Assembly (NCBI GenBank): GCA_038087875.1 | Contig: JAXLNO010002335.1 | Coordinates: forward strand, 310,001-374,000 | DNA from: Malacoraja senta | Lineage: Eukaryota | Length of the DNA: 64,000 nt | Direction of reading: 5' to 3' | Shown: positions 26,990 through 39,503 of the stretch, piece by piece | How positions within the stretch are numbered: the first letter of the stretch is position 1 | Layout: every line of letters starts with the position of its first letter | Program-made: the position numbers and the translations under genes | Notes under the pieces: generated by a model | What the model was told of the DNA's origin: nothing | Seen by the model: only the letters and a program-made list of their open reading frames with translations | Databases searched by the model: none

Positions 26990-27550
26990 TAGAAGAATAC
27001 ATGTGGTTCGGCCACATTGGGAGTATTGTGTGCAGTTCCATTCACCACACTGTGGGAAGTATGTGGCGGCTTTGGAAAGGGTGCAGGGAGGTTTACAAGG
27101 ATGTTGCCTCGATTGGAGAGTATTGGCTACAAAGAGAGGGTGGACACATTTGGATTGCTTTGTCTGGAGCGTCAGAGGCTGAGGGCAACCTGATAGAAGT
27201 TTATAAAATTATCAGGGACACGGATAGGTTAGATAGTGAGAATTTTTTCCCAGGGTGGAAATATCAAACACTAGAGAGCTAAGGTTTAAGATGAGTAGAG
27301 GGCAGTTTAAGAGAGATGTGTGAGGCAAGTTTTTTTACACAGAGAGTGATGGGTCGCTAGAATGTGCTGCCGGGGGAGGTAGTGGAAGCGGATATGATAA
27401 CCATGTTTAAGATACGCTTAGACAGACATCCAAATGGCTTGGGAATAGAGGAATATATTCAATGTGCAGGAGAATATGATTAGTTAAATTAGCATCAGGG
27501 TTAAAGCAGACACGGCAGGCCAAAAGGTCAGTTCCTTTTCTATGTTCTAT
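26990..27550 (+). mobile_element. CR1 LINE 3' fragment
   Basis: VRPHWEYCVQF..ALERVQ, GNLIEVYKII. Confidence 0.88.
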
Positions 27551-29828
27551 ATTTTATGTTATTATAAGAAATAGCTGATTTGCAAGAATGGTAAGATTTT
27601 TCACATAATTAAAATAATGGGGTAGAGATTTCTTTAATTTGTTGACTCTGCCTACATTGTCACTTGGAAAAAGTTTTCTAACTTATTCTGGCACATTAGC
27701 TTCTCCCTTGATGAACCTGTAATTATACCTTCTTCAAAAACATTCCTTTGGAAGATCTCTAGGATTTGAATTGACTATTTTTCAGGTAGTTTAATTGGTG
27801 TGAAAATACTTCTGCTCATTTCCCCTCTAGTTCTTCACACTGCTATTTTAAATCCATCAGTTCTCTTTGCTGACCTACTTGCCAGAGCAAACAACTCTTC
27901 CCTATTTTTTATCTATTAAAACCCTTGATAGTTTTGAGTGCCTCTGCTTTCTTGGTAAGCAGATGAATAGCCAGAAATGTGTAACACCCGTGAATTCAGA
28001 CGCAGTGACCAAACTATTTTTGGACTAGATTACATTTTACAAGGAAATGACATTCTTTAGACTTGCATTTTCTCAAAGGTTTTCTATATATGTACTACTT
28101 CAATGTGTGTTCCTGTCAGTAATGCCTCCAAAATATATATTATGCTTGAGATTATATATGTTATATTAAGTATGTTATATTTTCTAGATAAAATATTATG
28201 TCTGAGACCCAAGCGAGCAGGAAAAATGGCTGTGCCTTTGCAATTAATAAACTGTTAATGTATTCAAGCTTTAAAATTGGATTCATTTGCATGAATTGTG
28301 TAAAAACTGGCTTTACCTGACGCAGGTCACAAGAACAATTATGCTCTTCAGAAAATTCGCTTTGGCCAACTGGTCAGCTTTATATGACTACTATACTCCA
28401 GCATGAGTCATGCATGGAAGGATGTCACAAATAATGCAACTCATTCCTTCCAATGCCTACAAGAGCTTTTGAAGGTGATGTTAGATCTTTGTTGATCACG
28501 GAAAAACTGGGAGCACCGCCCGATGATCAGAAATAAAATGGCAATTAAAGGGTCTGCACAGCAACATCAAAGTTCTGCACACAGCATTTGCCAGCTACTG
28601 TTTTTATTGGTTGGCATTGTGGAAAAATAAATCAGTAATGATCAAAACCTTTTATTACATTTTTTTTGGAGTTGCATGTTCCAATTACTGGCAGGTTTAT
28701 CAACCCGCTCCTCAAAGCTCAGGACTTAAATAGGTCAAACCATTTTGTGGGTGCAGGCTACCTTACCCACCCACACAAACTCACGTCTTCTTTCACCTTC
28801 ATGGTTGTCTTTCCTGCCACTGTTCTGTGGCTGCAGGGGGAAGAGTTATTTATGGTTTTGCTCACTTCCCAGTAATCCATGCAGTGATAATGCAGCAGTT
28901 ACAAGTATATGATGCAGCCCGCAATGGGAGTCACAGATCCCGTGTCAAGCATAGAAGTGCAAAATGCCATGGTATTGCTTTATATCAGATTTTTCCACAA
29001 TTTCATGGACATTTGTAGGGCATCATAATGGGGATGGCATTAATGCCAGGTATGTTTAGAACATCAAAATGTGCAAAACCCAATTTCTTGCCTTTAAAGT
29101 AAAATCACAAAACAGAGTGAAATAAAGAGAGAAATTAAAGAATGAATAAAAAGAAAGTAAGATGAAAGAGGATGGGAAATTAAATCAATAGTTTTTTCTT
29201 TCCCAGTCATCAAAAATTAAAATCTCAAGTAATGAGACTCAACACTTATAGAAATATATTTTCATTTCCAGCGAGGTTACTTGAAGAAAATTAGGCCCTA
29301 TCAAATTATTAAATGCATGTGTACACTAGATTGGACAACCTATATTTATTTATGTGGATTCAATCCATTGCTGTGAGGTTATCACAGCAACTTCATCCAT
29401 CTGATGTTATATTGTTATGGCATGTAAAAAGTGAGTTGCCAGATTTTGAAGATCTTCTTGGAGAAGCATTGCATCTGGGTCAATCATACTTGGATACTCA
29501 GATGTCTGAAAACTTTCAAATCTAACAATGTTGAGCTTATTTTGGAACCATTACCTGCCCATCATGCCAGACAGTAAAATGCAAATGTCTTGTGGTATGG
29601 AAGATTTCCTTTTTGAGCCAAAGTTAAGTTGGATCATCTCTGTGGTCCCTACCTAGATACATTGCTGCAAAGGAAAAAAAGACTGCATAATCTTGTCTAG
29701 ATTATCCACTATGCCCTGCACAGTCCTTCATTTGATAACAATAATCTGTAGTGCTTGGGTATTGCAGAGATCAAGATGCTCCAAGGATATAGTTTATCTC
29801 TCTCTCTATCAAAGTTCTGCACACAGCA

Positions 29829-29956
29829 NNNNNNNNNNNNNNNNNNNNNNNNNNNNNNNNNNNNNNNNNNNNNNNNNNNNNNNNNNNNNNNNNNNNNNNN
29901 NNNNNNNNNNNNNNNNNNNNNNNNNNNNNNNNNNNNNNNNNNNNNNNNNNNNNNNN
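29829..29956. other. Assembly gap
   Basis: Run of N. Confidence 1.
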
Positions 29957-31389
29957 ACAGGGGATGCCGAGGGTAAATATAATCGAAATATAACCTGAGG
30001 GGCAACTTTTTCTCACAGGTGCATATATGGAACAAGTGGCCAGTGAAACGGGAGAGGTGTGTATAACTGTGATATTTAAAAGACACTAGGATCGGTACAT
30101 GGATAGGAAAGGTTTGGTGTAATATGGTCAACGCGTAGGTAAATTGGACTAGCCCAGTTAGGCAATCTGGCTGGCTTGCACATGTTGGGCCGAAGTTCCT
30201 GTTCATATGCTGTATAGCTATGAATCTGGGACTTGCTGGGAACGGGTTATTTGATAGAGGGAAGAGATGGGAGTTGAGAGGAGAAGAATCAAGCAAAATG
30301 TATGTTTGGGGGTCTGGAATTCATTGCCTGATAGGGTAGACGAGACAGAAATGATCAAAGCATTTAAAACGTATGCGGGTGCGCATATGAAGCGCTATCG
30401 TCTGCAGGGCTCAGCATTAGTTCAGGAAAACTTCTTGGCTGAAAACGACCTTCTTCTGTGCCATTGATTCTTAAGACGGTAGCACTGGATTTAGAACGCA
30501 TTTGAACATGGAACCTGGAAAAGTCTGAATTTCATTAAATGCCCTGGTTCCGGTCTCTTTTGCTTCCAGTAGGAGTTTAATTTCTACTTCTGAGAGTCGC
30601 CTTCATCACCATCCCCAAAATATACTCTATTCTGAGATTGAATTTCAATTCTCGACAGTTTGGGGACAGGTCGTGACTTAAATCAGATCGACCCTTGAAA
30701 CAACTGCAGTCTGTCGCCTGCATCTGCTGGTATTTCCTGAGCAATGTTTTCATTATAAAAAAATAAACTGTTTAGTCATTTAGCCCAGAACAGTACCCGG
30801 TGACTAAATAAACTGCAATATCGTTGAGGAAATGTGTTTAGTTCTCCCGCATTTTTCTTTTGATGGTGATTGATTTAAAATACTCCTAATCATCGATATT
30901 TCCTGCAAGTTGTAGGCGTAAGGTTTATTTATGTCCCGGTCATACGTGACATAAACATACCCTGAAAGCCTGAGATGATTTGTACGTCATGTGAAATGCA
31001 TCGCCTGGTTAAATATTATTGCCGAGTGGCTGCCAGACTCAGTGAGGGGAAGTACAACTGTACGAACGGTGGATTTTCCTGACATCCCTTCAGTTTTCTC
31101 AACATCTTTCTGAATGTGGCTAATCATTAATACCGAAGGAAAACAGTGTATGGATTAAATATAATACCTTCACAATTTAGTACTGTGCTTCTAAAGTGAC
31201 GATAAGGTCTTGTATGTGATTAGTTGAATCTCTTAGTTAACTGGGAGAAGGTAAGTTATTTTAATGATTTGGTATTCTGAGAATGGAAATGTACTCACCG
31301 TGTCCATCACTAGGGTTTATATCACACCTGGTATGGGGGGAAGCGTTGGCTCGCATTAACTTGGTAGGCACTTTCCATCGCCGTTTCTC

Positions 31390-31808
31390 AGTGACTCAGA
31401 TGTTCATGTGATGGTCAGACCCAATAAATCTTCCCTGCACTCAAGGCTGCGCGGAGGTTTCGGCGAGGATGCCAATAACACGGAGCCACCGGGATAGCTC
31501 CTCGCCAATAAGCTCCGATCACTTGTGATTGGGTTCTCGGAGGAGCCCGTGAACTGGTCGGAAGAACGAGCAGACATCGAGGGAGTCTGGCTGAGCCTTC
31601 CAGACCTTCACTTTCATGCACTTCTGTTGTGCTCCATACATTACACCGAGCCGGCGACGCGTTGCAGCCAACATCCCCGTTCAAACTGCAACCCGGCTGC
31701 GAAAAAGAGACTGGGGCTGACACGGGTCGATAAAGCTGCACAAACATGTATTTTCTGAGATTTTGGTGCAGCAGAACTGACTGCGAGAAGCACTGAGCGC
31801 TTAACACC
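31390..31808 (+). promoter_or_regulatory. GPR26 proximal promoter / 5' UTR, CpG-rich with CCAAT cluster
   Basis: TGACTCA at 31392; CCAAT at 31421, 31472 and 31505; ATTGG at 31528; CpG-rich up to the ATG. Confidence 0.6.
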
Positions 31809-32476
31809 ATGGACACGCTGGAGGTGATCCTATCTTGCTTTGTTGTAGTTTTGATGGTCGTGTCGTTGCTTTCCAACGTCCTGGTGCTGATCTGCTTCCT
31901 CTACAGCGCCGAGATCCGAAAACAGGTCCCTGGGATGTTTATCATCAACCTGACCCTCAGCAACTTGTTCATGACGGTGCTCAACATGCCGTTGACTTTG
32001 GTGGGGATTATCGGCAAAGGGCAGCCCGGGGTCGACACTGTCTGCCGAATCGTGGGCTTCTTGGAGACTTTCCTGGTCACCAACTCCATGCTGAGCATGG
32101 CTGCTCTGAGTACTGACAGATGGATTGCCGTGGTTTTCCCTCTAAGTTACAACTCCAGGATGCGTTACAAGGACGCTGCCATCATGCTGGGTTACACGTG
32201 GTTCCACTCCCTCTGCTTCCCCGTGGTGGCTGTCTGCCTGTCCTGGGTCGGATACAACCACCTGTACGCCTCCTGCACCCTCAGCCAAACCCCAACTGAC
32301 GAGCGGGTCCAGTTTGTGGTTTTCACCGTAGTTTTTCACAGCCTCAGTTTTCTCCTTTCGCTAGTAGTGCTGTGTTTCACCTACCTGAAGGTGCTGAAAG
32401 TGGCGCGATTTCACTGCAAGAGGATAGATGTCATCACCATGCAGACACTGGTGTTACTGGTGGACATCCATCCAAG
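31809..32476 (+). CDS. GPR26: GPR26 orphan class A GPCR, coding exon 1 (TM1-TM5)
   Basis: Kozak accATGg. SMLSMAALSTDRWIAVVFPLSY and KVLKVARFHCKRIDVITMQTLVLLVDIHP. AG|gtaggc donor. Confidence 0.96.
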
Positions 32477-32757
32477 GTAGGCGACCCAATCCGTGCAGCA
32501 GTCTCGCTGGGATTACTGTGTTAATGAATAAAGTAACGCGAATAAATTAGATCTATTGCATTAATTGATATTCTTCCCCACATTTACAAGGATATGAATG
32601 TCCGCCGGTGTACGAACGAGACATTCAATGTAAACGCAATGTAAACTTTGAAGGTAGTCATATTCTGAAAAGTTTTTTTTATTTTTATAGATCCAACACA
32701 AAATGCTTTCAATGACTCATTCGAGTTTTGGGCAATGCCAACTGTGTTTTTTTTTAC

Positions 32758-32834
32758 TTTAACGTTGTTCTAAGTTTCTCGAACATTTTTTAATTTTGGA
32801 TGGGCACGTTCGAGAAACTTAGAACAACGTTAAA
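32758..32834. repeat. Perfect 27-bp inverted repeat with 23-nt loop
   Basis: TTTAACGTTGTTCTAAGTTTCTCGAAC (32758-32784) / GTTCGAGAAACTTAGAACAACGTTAAA (32808-32834). Confidence 0.95.
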
Positions 32835-34153
32835 TATGACGCTTGGGTCTGCTGTGTTCATTACATAAGATGTGCCCGTGTCAGCTGATGTATCCCTGCA
32901 ACCTCCCAGCTCCGAATATTATCAAATAGTTAAATAAGGCATAATTTACCGGTATGCAGGTTGCAACCTGTCCAAAAGGTAAAGGGGGCAACAAAATAAA
33001 CGACTCCCAAAACACTAAGTATTTTAAGACACCTTTTGTTTTTGGAATATAGAATTGAAACTGACTAATATTTAAACTAATCCCTGAGGAAGGAAACGCC
33101 GAGACCACGGCTTCTTTCCAGGTGAAACACCCCAGCGGCGAGTAACTTCACTGGGAATTGAAAGAGGGAGGCAATCATGCTTCAAATTGCTCGTCGTTCA
33201 AGTAACGTCGATGAAAGGAATCCTCAATCACGCAGTGTTAGTTTTAGGAGTTCTAAACGATGATTCCCAACATGCCAATGTAGGGAGTGTAGCTGCGCAG
33301 TAAAGTGATTCGCTCGAATATGATCTCGAATGATGGCCTTTGCTGCAAATTGTAGAGGGAGATACCAAAACAAAACAGGATATATTTCACCACCATTTTT
33401 TTCTGATGAATTCCATGATAGTTGTTCAGTTTCACCCTTTTCACCTGAAACCTTGAAGACAAGATTTTGTTTTAAATCTCTTTATTCCAGCGGGAATTAT
33501 TGATTTGGTACCTTGTCCATGAGCTTTCCTACAGAGTTCTTTCAATGCAAATGAATCTCTGTGATCTCGCTGTTGCTAAATAGAGATGTGCAGTTCTGAT
33601 AGTTCGGGTAGATGTTGAGCACTTTCTTTTGCACTTTTCATCTGCTTGCCTATAATTCCTTAAAGCGTTGGAATGGTCTTAAATGGCCTTTGCTATTTCA
33701 CTCTTAATTTTCTGTTCCTTAGTCCTTAAGGTCGAATTTCAAAGACAAAAGCATGTTCTGACAAAAAGGATTAATTCTGAAGGAATTTTTCTTCCTACCA
33801 TAAAAAAAAAGTCCAAATTAAGAACAGCCAGCAAAAAAAATAATGTTTGAGAGCAAGAACGTTTTAGGTCAGTATGAAATGTTCTTAAACCGCAGAAAAG
33901 ATTGAGTATGGAGTTGGTCAGTTTTAGATTTCTTTTCAGTTCTGAATATGCTGGGCAGTGGAATGTTTTGCACTTTTATCTTTATATGGTTTTTCCCATT
34001 ATCGGATCTCTTAAAATGTGCAAGATGTATCCAAAGTAAACTGTTTCATATCATTGAACAAACAAGAAATGGTTGCACTGTCCACAACCTTAACATTTTC
34101 TCAGTGTAGGTTTGTACAAATGGACTGCTATACTAATATTGAGAAACATTCAT

Positions 34154-34368
34154 CCTAATTCACGACCTCTGCCGAGTTTGCCCTTGACTCATACATGCAG
34201 CATGGTCGTCACGAGGTCGTAGGAGATCGTAGGTAGGTCGTAGGAGGTCGTGATGCTCGTCGTAGGTACTCGTGGCATCAAGTAGGTCGGGGCGTTTTTT
34301 TAGCATGATGAAAAATGTCCACAAGTAAAAAAGGTCGTGAATTAGGTCGTGAAAGTGGGACAGGCCCT
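34154..34368. mobile_element. PIF/Harbinger-like MITE, left end truncated
   Basis: Right end GTGGGACAGGCCCT|TTA, internal AGGTCGT repeats, homologous to 42177-42757. Confidence 0.65.
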
Positions 34369-35039
34369 TTACTTTACTGTGGATGCAGTGACATTAAATC
34401 TTTTACACTCCTCGAAATGTTAAAAAAGAGAAAATGCTTCAACATAACCATGTCAAATGCCACCCCACACCAGAATTCTCATTAAGTAATTGTAATATAT
34501 GTTTAACTTAGAAATCTGTAAACATTAAATTAAATCAGTGGTTCTTTGAGTTAAATTAAAGAGAACAGTCATCAGTTACAGTATAATAGCAGTGACAATC
34601 AGCATTTATATTTAATCAAAGGTATATCTAAAGGATGCTTCACAGGAAAGTTAACATATAAAATTTTGTGTTGACCTAGGTGGAAGCATTCCAAAAAAGC
34701 AGAAATAAGTAAAATGGCAGAAAGGATTATGGAGGGCTTATGGTCTAAGAATCTGTAGTCAGAGACCTAATTAGAGTGAAGCAATTTCAGGCAGAGACCA
34801 ACAGTAAAGCAATTCAAGTTAGCAAAAGACAATGAGCTTATGGTGGAGAGCACGCATCGTACAGTATATAGTATGTCCGCTCCTAAGTGGCAAGTTACAT
34901 TTGCATTTCATAAGAGTCAAGCATTAATTTGCCTTCAACAAATGTTCAGCCAAGTTTGTAAGGCACAACCTGTCGCATACAGAGCCATGTTGGCTATCCC
35001 TAATTACCCCATTCTCTTCTAAATGGGAGTAAATCCTAT

Positions 35040-35730
35040 CTCAAAGAATTAATTCCAATAGTTTCCCTGCCACTGATGTAAGGCTCACTGACCTATAGTT
35101 CCCTGGATTCTCTCTACTTCCTTTCTTAAACAAATGAACAACATTGGCCACTCTCCAGTCCTTTTGGACCTCGCCTATAGTTAGAGAAGTAACAAAGATC
35201 TTTGTTGAGACCTCTGCAATCTCTTCTTTTGCCTCCCTCAATAACCTGGGTTAGATCCCATCAGGCCCTGGGGACTTATCCACCTTAATGCACTTCAAGA
35301 TCCTCACCCCTTCTCAATCTCAAAGTGCTCTAGCATTTTTGTCTTCTCCACGCTGATCTCTCTGTCCTCCTTTGAGAATATAGATCCAAAGTATTTATTT
35401 AGTATCTCACCTACATCCTCCAACTCCAAGCAAATATTATCCTTTGGTCCTACCCTTTCCCTGGCCACCCTCTTGTTTTTATCATACATATACAAAGCCT
35501 TAGGATTTTCTTTAATCTGACTCGCCAGTGACATTTAATGGCCCCTTTTGGCCCTTGTAATCACAACTTGAATTCTATCCTCAGAGCCATATGGCAAGGA
35601 AACAGGCCCTTATCCCAACTTGCCAATGCTGACCAAGATGCCCCATCTATACTAGTCCCATCTGCCCACATTTGGTCCACACCCTTCTAAATCTTGATAT
35701 CCAAGAATCTGCCCAGATGTCTTTTAAATA
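35040..35730 (-). mobile_element. CR1 LINE fragments
   Basis: DWRVANVVHLFKKGSRENPGNYRSVSLTSVAGKLLE; IKENPKALY. Confidence 0.88.
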
Positions 35731-37439
35731 CTGAATCAAAAGACTATATTACTCAATGAGCACAAGCATGATGGTTGAACCAGTCTTCATGTGGAATAGA
35801 ATGCAAGTAGCATAATTTATAATGTGCTCTGACCCATACACTTGCCGTTTATCAATGACTTTTCCTCATTCATAAGGTCAAAAGTGCGGAAAGATGCTAC
35901 TAATTACACGTCGTTGTTCCAATTGCAGCTCCTCAGATAATGATGCACCTTTTTCCTGCAGATAGTATGACCATGGCTTTTACGTGGCAAGTAACATTTG
36001 CATTTCATAAGTATCAAGCAATCATTTGACCACAACAAAAGTTTAGCTAATCCCCCTTAAATGAATGGGATTACAATCAATGAAATATTTACCGACAACA
36101 TCCAGGGGAGGGTGCGTGTTCATCACCTCAGTGGACAGGAAGTGGATGGGATCTACATCATCCAAATCATACTTCCTAACATGGCATTATGATGCTTCAT
36201 CACCTCTCGGATCTAGAGCTTCCAAAGTTCTCCATACAAATTGTACATGAAGGAAGTTAACCAGCACCTTCTCAAGGCAGTAAGTGTTGAAATGTCCAAC
36301 ATGCTCCATCCCATATAAAAGAATGAAACGAGTCATGAAGACAGAAGTGAATGATGATATGCAAGTGAATCAGGAAAGTAGCGAGAATTGGCAATGGAAA
36401 GGATATTGTTGGAAGTTCAGTGTTGAGGTGATATTCAGTGTTGAAAATGCTATCAAAATTGTGAAATGCTTAAGTAAACTTGAAATATTGTCTAGGGAGA
36501 AGATAAGCTGGTGCTTTGGATCTTCTCACTGTTTCAATGGTTGAAATACCTTCTCCTCTGACTGAATATATCAAGTAAGCATTGGAGGCAGTTGAGAAGT
36601 CTAGTAAACTGCTAGTGCAGAAGAGTTTGATGTAATGTGTGTATATGCAGGACTCAACATTGTGCTTTTGGATATCACTGCATATGGTAGTGCTTATATT
36701 TAAAATAACCAATAAACACAGTTGTTTGCATTGTAAGGCATAGTAGAAACCAATACTTTAGGACTATTGTCCATAATTATACCATTGTGTACAACCTGTT
36801 ACATTCTCAACATGGAGTGGAAATAGGCAATTACCAGCGTTTCAATCCAAGCCACATTTGGCCAAATGTTTGGCTTAGTATTTGCTTGTCTGTTATGTTT
36901 TAAGTTAAAGGCATGTTGTCCAAGGAAGGAACATGAAAATATGTAGAGTATTGGATCTGCAAATAGCCATTCATAGTGAAAACTCAAAAGGAAGCAAAGC
37001 CATAATACAGCAATAGTTATTTTTAATTCATTTGAATGGCTAATGGAATAAATTACATTCAGATGGAATTGTACCATTTTTTTTCACATTTATTAGAATG
37101 AATAACATAAGAAATCTTTTTTCTGGAGCCCCATTGACAAGCATTGAGGTTTTTGTCTCTTTTTAACCAGATCATATCTTTCAAATGTAAAATAGCTAAA
37201 AACTAAATTTAGTACACACTATCTTTAGTGAGCGCTTGCACATAAAATCAAATACATGGTATTTTTCTATATGTATTAGAATTTCTAAATAGTATTAAAT
37301 ATAATATACAACTATTACTCAAGACTCCTAATAATATAAGGCCTTGCTTGTTTTGCATTATAATTTGAAAGGAACTGGCTATTATATACAATGATACCAA
37401 CAACAATTTCCATTTATGTGGTGTCTTCGATACTACAAA

Positions 37440-39010
37440 AACATCTCCAGTTGTTCTGCAGAACATTACAGATCCCAAAAAGAACTGAGCCAAATAAGAT
37501 GTCAGGGAAATAGCCAAAGGTTTGGTCAAACTAGAAGATTGTGAAGGGCGATATTAATGGATGAAACAGATTTATCTACATAGCGAGATCTAGGGATGAA
37601 ATTCCAGAGGTGGGTCTTCGACTGCTGAAGACATGGGCTCCAGTGATAGAAAAGTTAAATTCAGGGATGGTCAAGAGGCCGGAATTGATGGAGTCCAGAC
37701 ATATCAGAGGGTCGAGGCAGTAAAGAACATAATAGAAAGAGAAGGTATTAGACTGTGGGGTGATTTGAAAACAAAGGTAAACATATTAAATACAAGGAAT
37801 TAATGCTGACCCAGCAAGTGCAGGAGTGACAGATGGGAGGGAATTGATCTGGGTGAAGATGGGGACTGCATAGTTTAGGAATACCTCAAGTTTATGAAGA
37901 GTTGAACGGTCAGGAGCATGCCAGGCTAGCCAAATTTAGGATAGCAAAGGCACAATAGGAGGTTTTGGGATCCATGAGCCAAGGCAAGGCTTTAGAAGGC
38001 ATTGTTACATAAGTGAAAATAGGAGATCATACCGGTGGTTCAAAACTGAACTCGAACCAAAATGTAGCCAAGTTTGTGAACAGTTTCAGAAAGTTGATAG
38101 GGGGAAGAAGGGAATTGGAGCCTGGCGTTTGGAGTTTATGATTTGATTTAAGGAAATTTCAGCTGAGACAGAATGTTAAACAAGGGTTAACATAGGTAAT
38201 TGTAAAGTAAAGCCGGCTGCCACCACTGTATATGTGATACCTTTTTGATGAGAAATAGGAGGGGATTGAATAGTGGCGCAGTTTTCAGATGACAAGCCAT
38301 TACTTGTAATTCTGTGGTTATGGCTGGATAAATAAGATAGGAAAGAGGAGAGTGTAATCCCCATCGCAATGGTGAATGGTAGAGAGACTTCCAAAGCATA
38401 GGAGATGACCAGGTTCTAGACAGGTAGAAAAGGATGAAGAGGAATAAATTACTTTTGCCTTTGACCACATTGGTCAGCACAGTAGCAGAGCTGGTAGAGT
38501 TGCTGCTTCACAGCACCAGTGGCCCAGGTTTGATCCTTACCTCCAGTGCCGTCCGTGTGGAATTGCATGTTTTCCCTGTAACCATGTAGCTTTCCTCCAC
38601 ATGCTCTTGTTTCCCCCCCACATCCCAAGGACATGCGGGTCTGTAGGTTAAACTGGCCTCTGTATATTGGACCTAGTGTGTAGGGAGCGAATGTCAAAGT
38701 GGGATAACAGAACTAATGCGAACAGGTATGGACTCGGTGGGCCGAAGGATCTATTTCCATGCTGTATTATTCAATCAATCAATTCTATCGTATAGGGTGT
38801 CATTAGCGACTTCAACAAAGATGTTTTGATACAGCGGCAGTTGATGAAACCTGACTGGTGGGATTTAAATAAAGAGTAAGATGGGCATAAATATGGGAGG
38901 CCATAACATCCAAGAATGTTAGAGAGAAACGAGAGGTTAGGTATGGTGTGGTCATTTATAAAGCTGGATGGGTCGAAGATTTATGTTATTGAGAGAGTTG
39001 ATGTTGGCAG
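37440..39010 (-). mobile_element. Old L2 LINE remnant, interrupted by a SINE
   Basis: Purine-rich plus strand with L2-type TAGGGATGAAATTCCAGAG; degenerate LFILFYLS (LxLLDLS) on the minus strand. Confidence 0.6.
38471..38785 (+). mobile_element. tRNA-derived HE1/V-SINE-like SINE, near full length
   Basis: A/B-box-like head, V-domain-like CCCACATCCCAAGGACATGCGG, CR1 tail and (TCAA)n end. Confidence 0.85.
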
Positions 39011-39389
39011 AAACCAACCTTAATAATTAAGTGTCAAGGAAAATAATTTCAAACTGCACTTCCTAATAGTTCAGGATGATGATGCAGTCTGGATAATATA
39101 TTGATCTGCCAGCTGTTGAGATCACCAGACAAGAATATTTGAAACAGTTTTGTCTATTTTTACATATTGACATTTCATGTGATAATAGTCACCCTTAGGT
39201 GGTTAGTTCTATATAAAGATCTTCCAGCATTATGGTTACTGATACAAACATGTAATCTTTTTAGAATCTATTACTGGGTGACTGCCTTTCAGAAAAAAAA
39301 ATTCTAAGTTCTTATGTCTTTGACTTTTACAAGCAAGTGATTCTGATTTTATAGTTCTTGTATAGTTGTTTATTTATATTTCTTTGCAG

Positions 39390-39503
39390 TGTAAGGCAAC
39401 GCTGCCTAGAAGAGCAGAAGCAACGAAGACAACGAGCAACAAAGAAGATCAGTACTTTCATCGGTACCTTTATACTGTGCTTTGCACCTTATGTAATTAC
39501 AAG
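39390..39503 (+). CDS. GPR26: GPR26 coding exon 2 (ICL3-TM6)
   Basis: tttgcag|T acceptor and AG|gtgtga donor. (S)VRQRCLEEQKQRRQRATKKISTFIGTFILCFAPYVIT(R). Absent from the ORF track. Confidence 0.96.

Noticed and set aside
31868-31890. RE1/NRSE site in GPR26 exon 1
   Set aside because: The half-sites have non-canonical spacing and are explained by codon constraints.
32116-32130. DRW instead of DRY (and DPFVY instead of NPxxY) as a novelty
   Set aside because: These are normal for the GPR26/GPR78 family.
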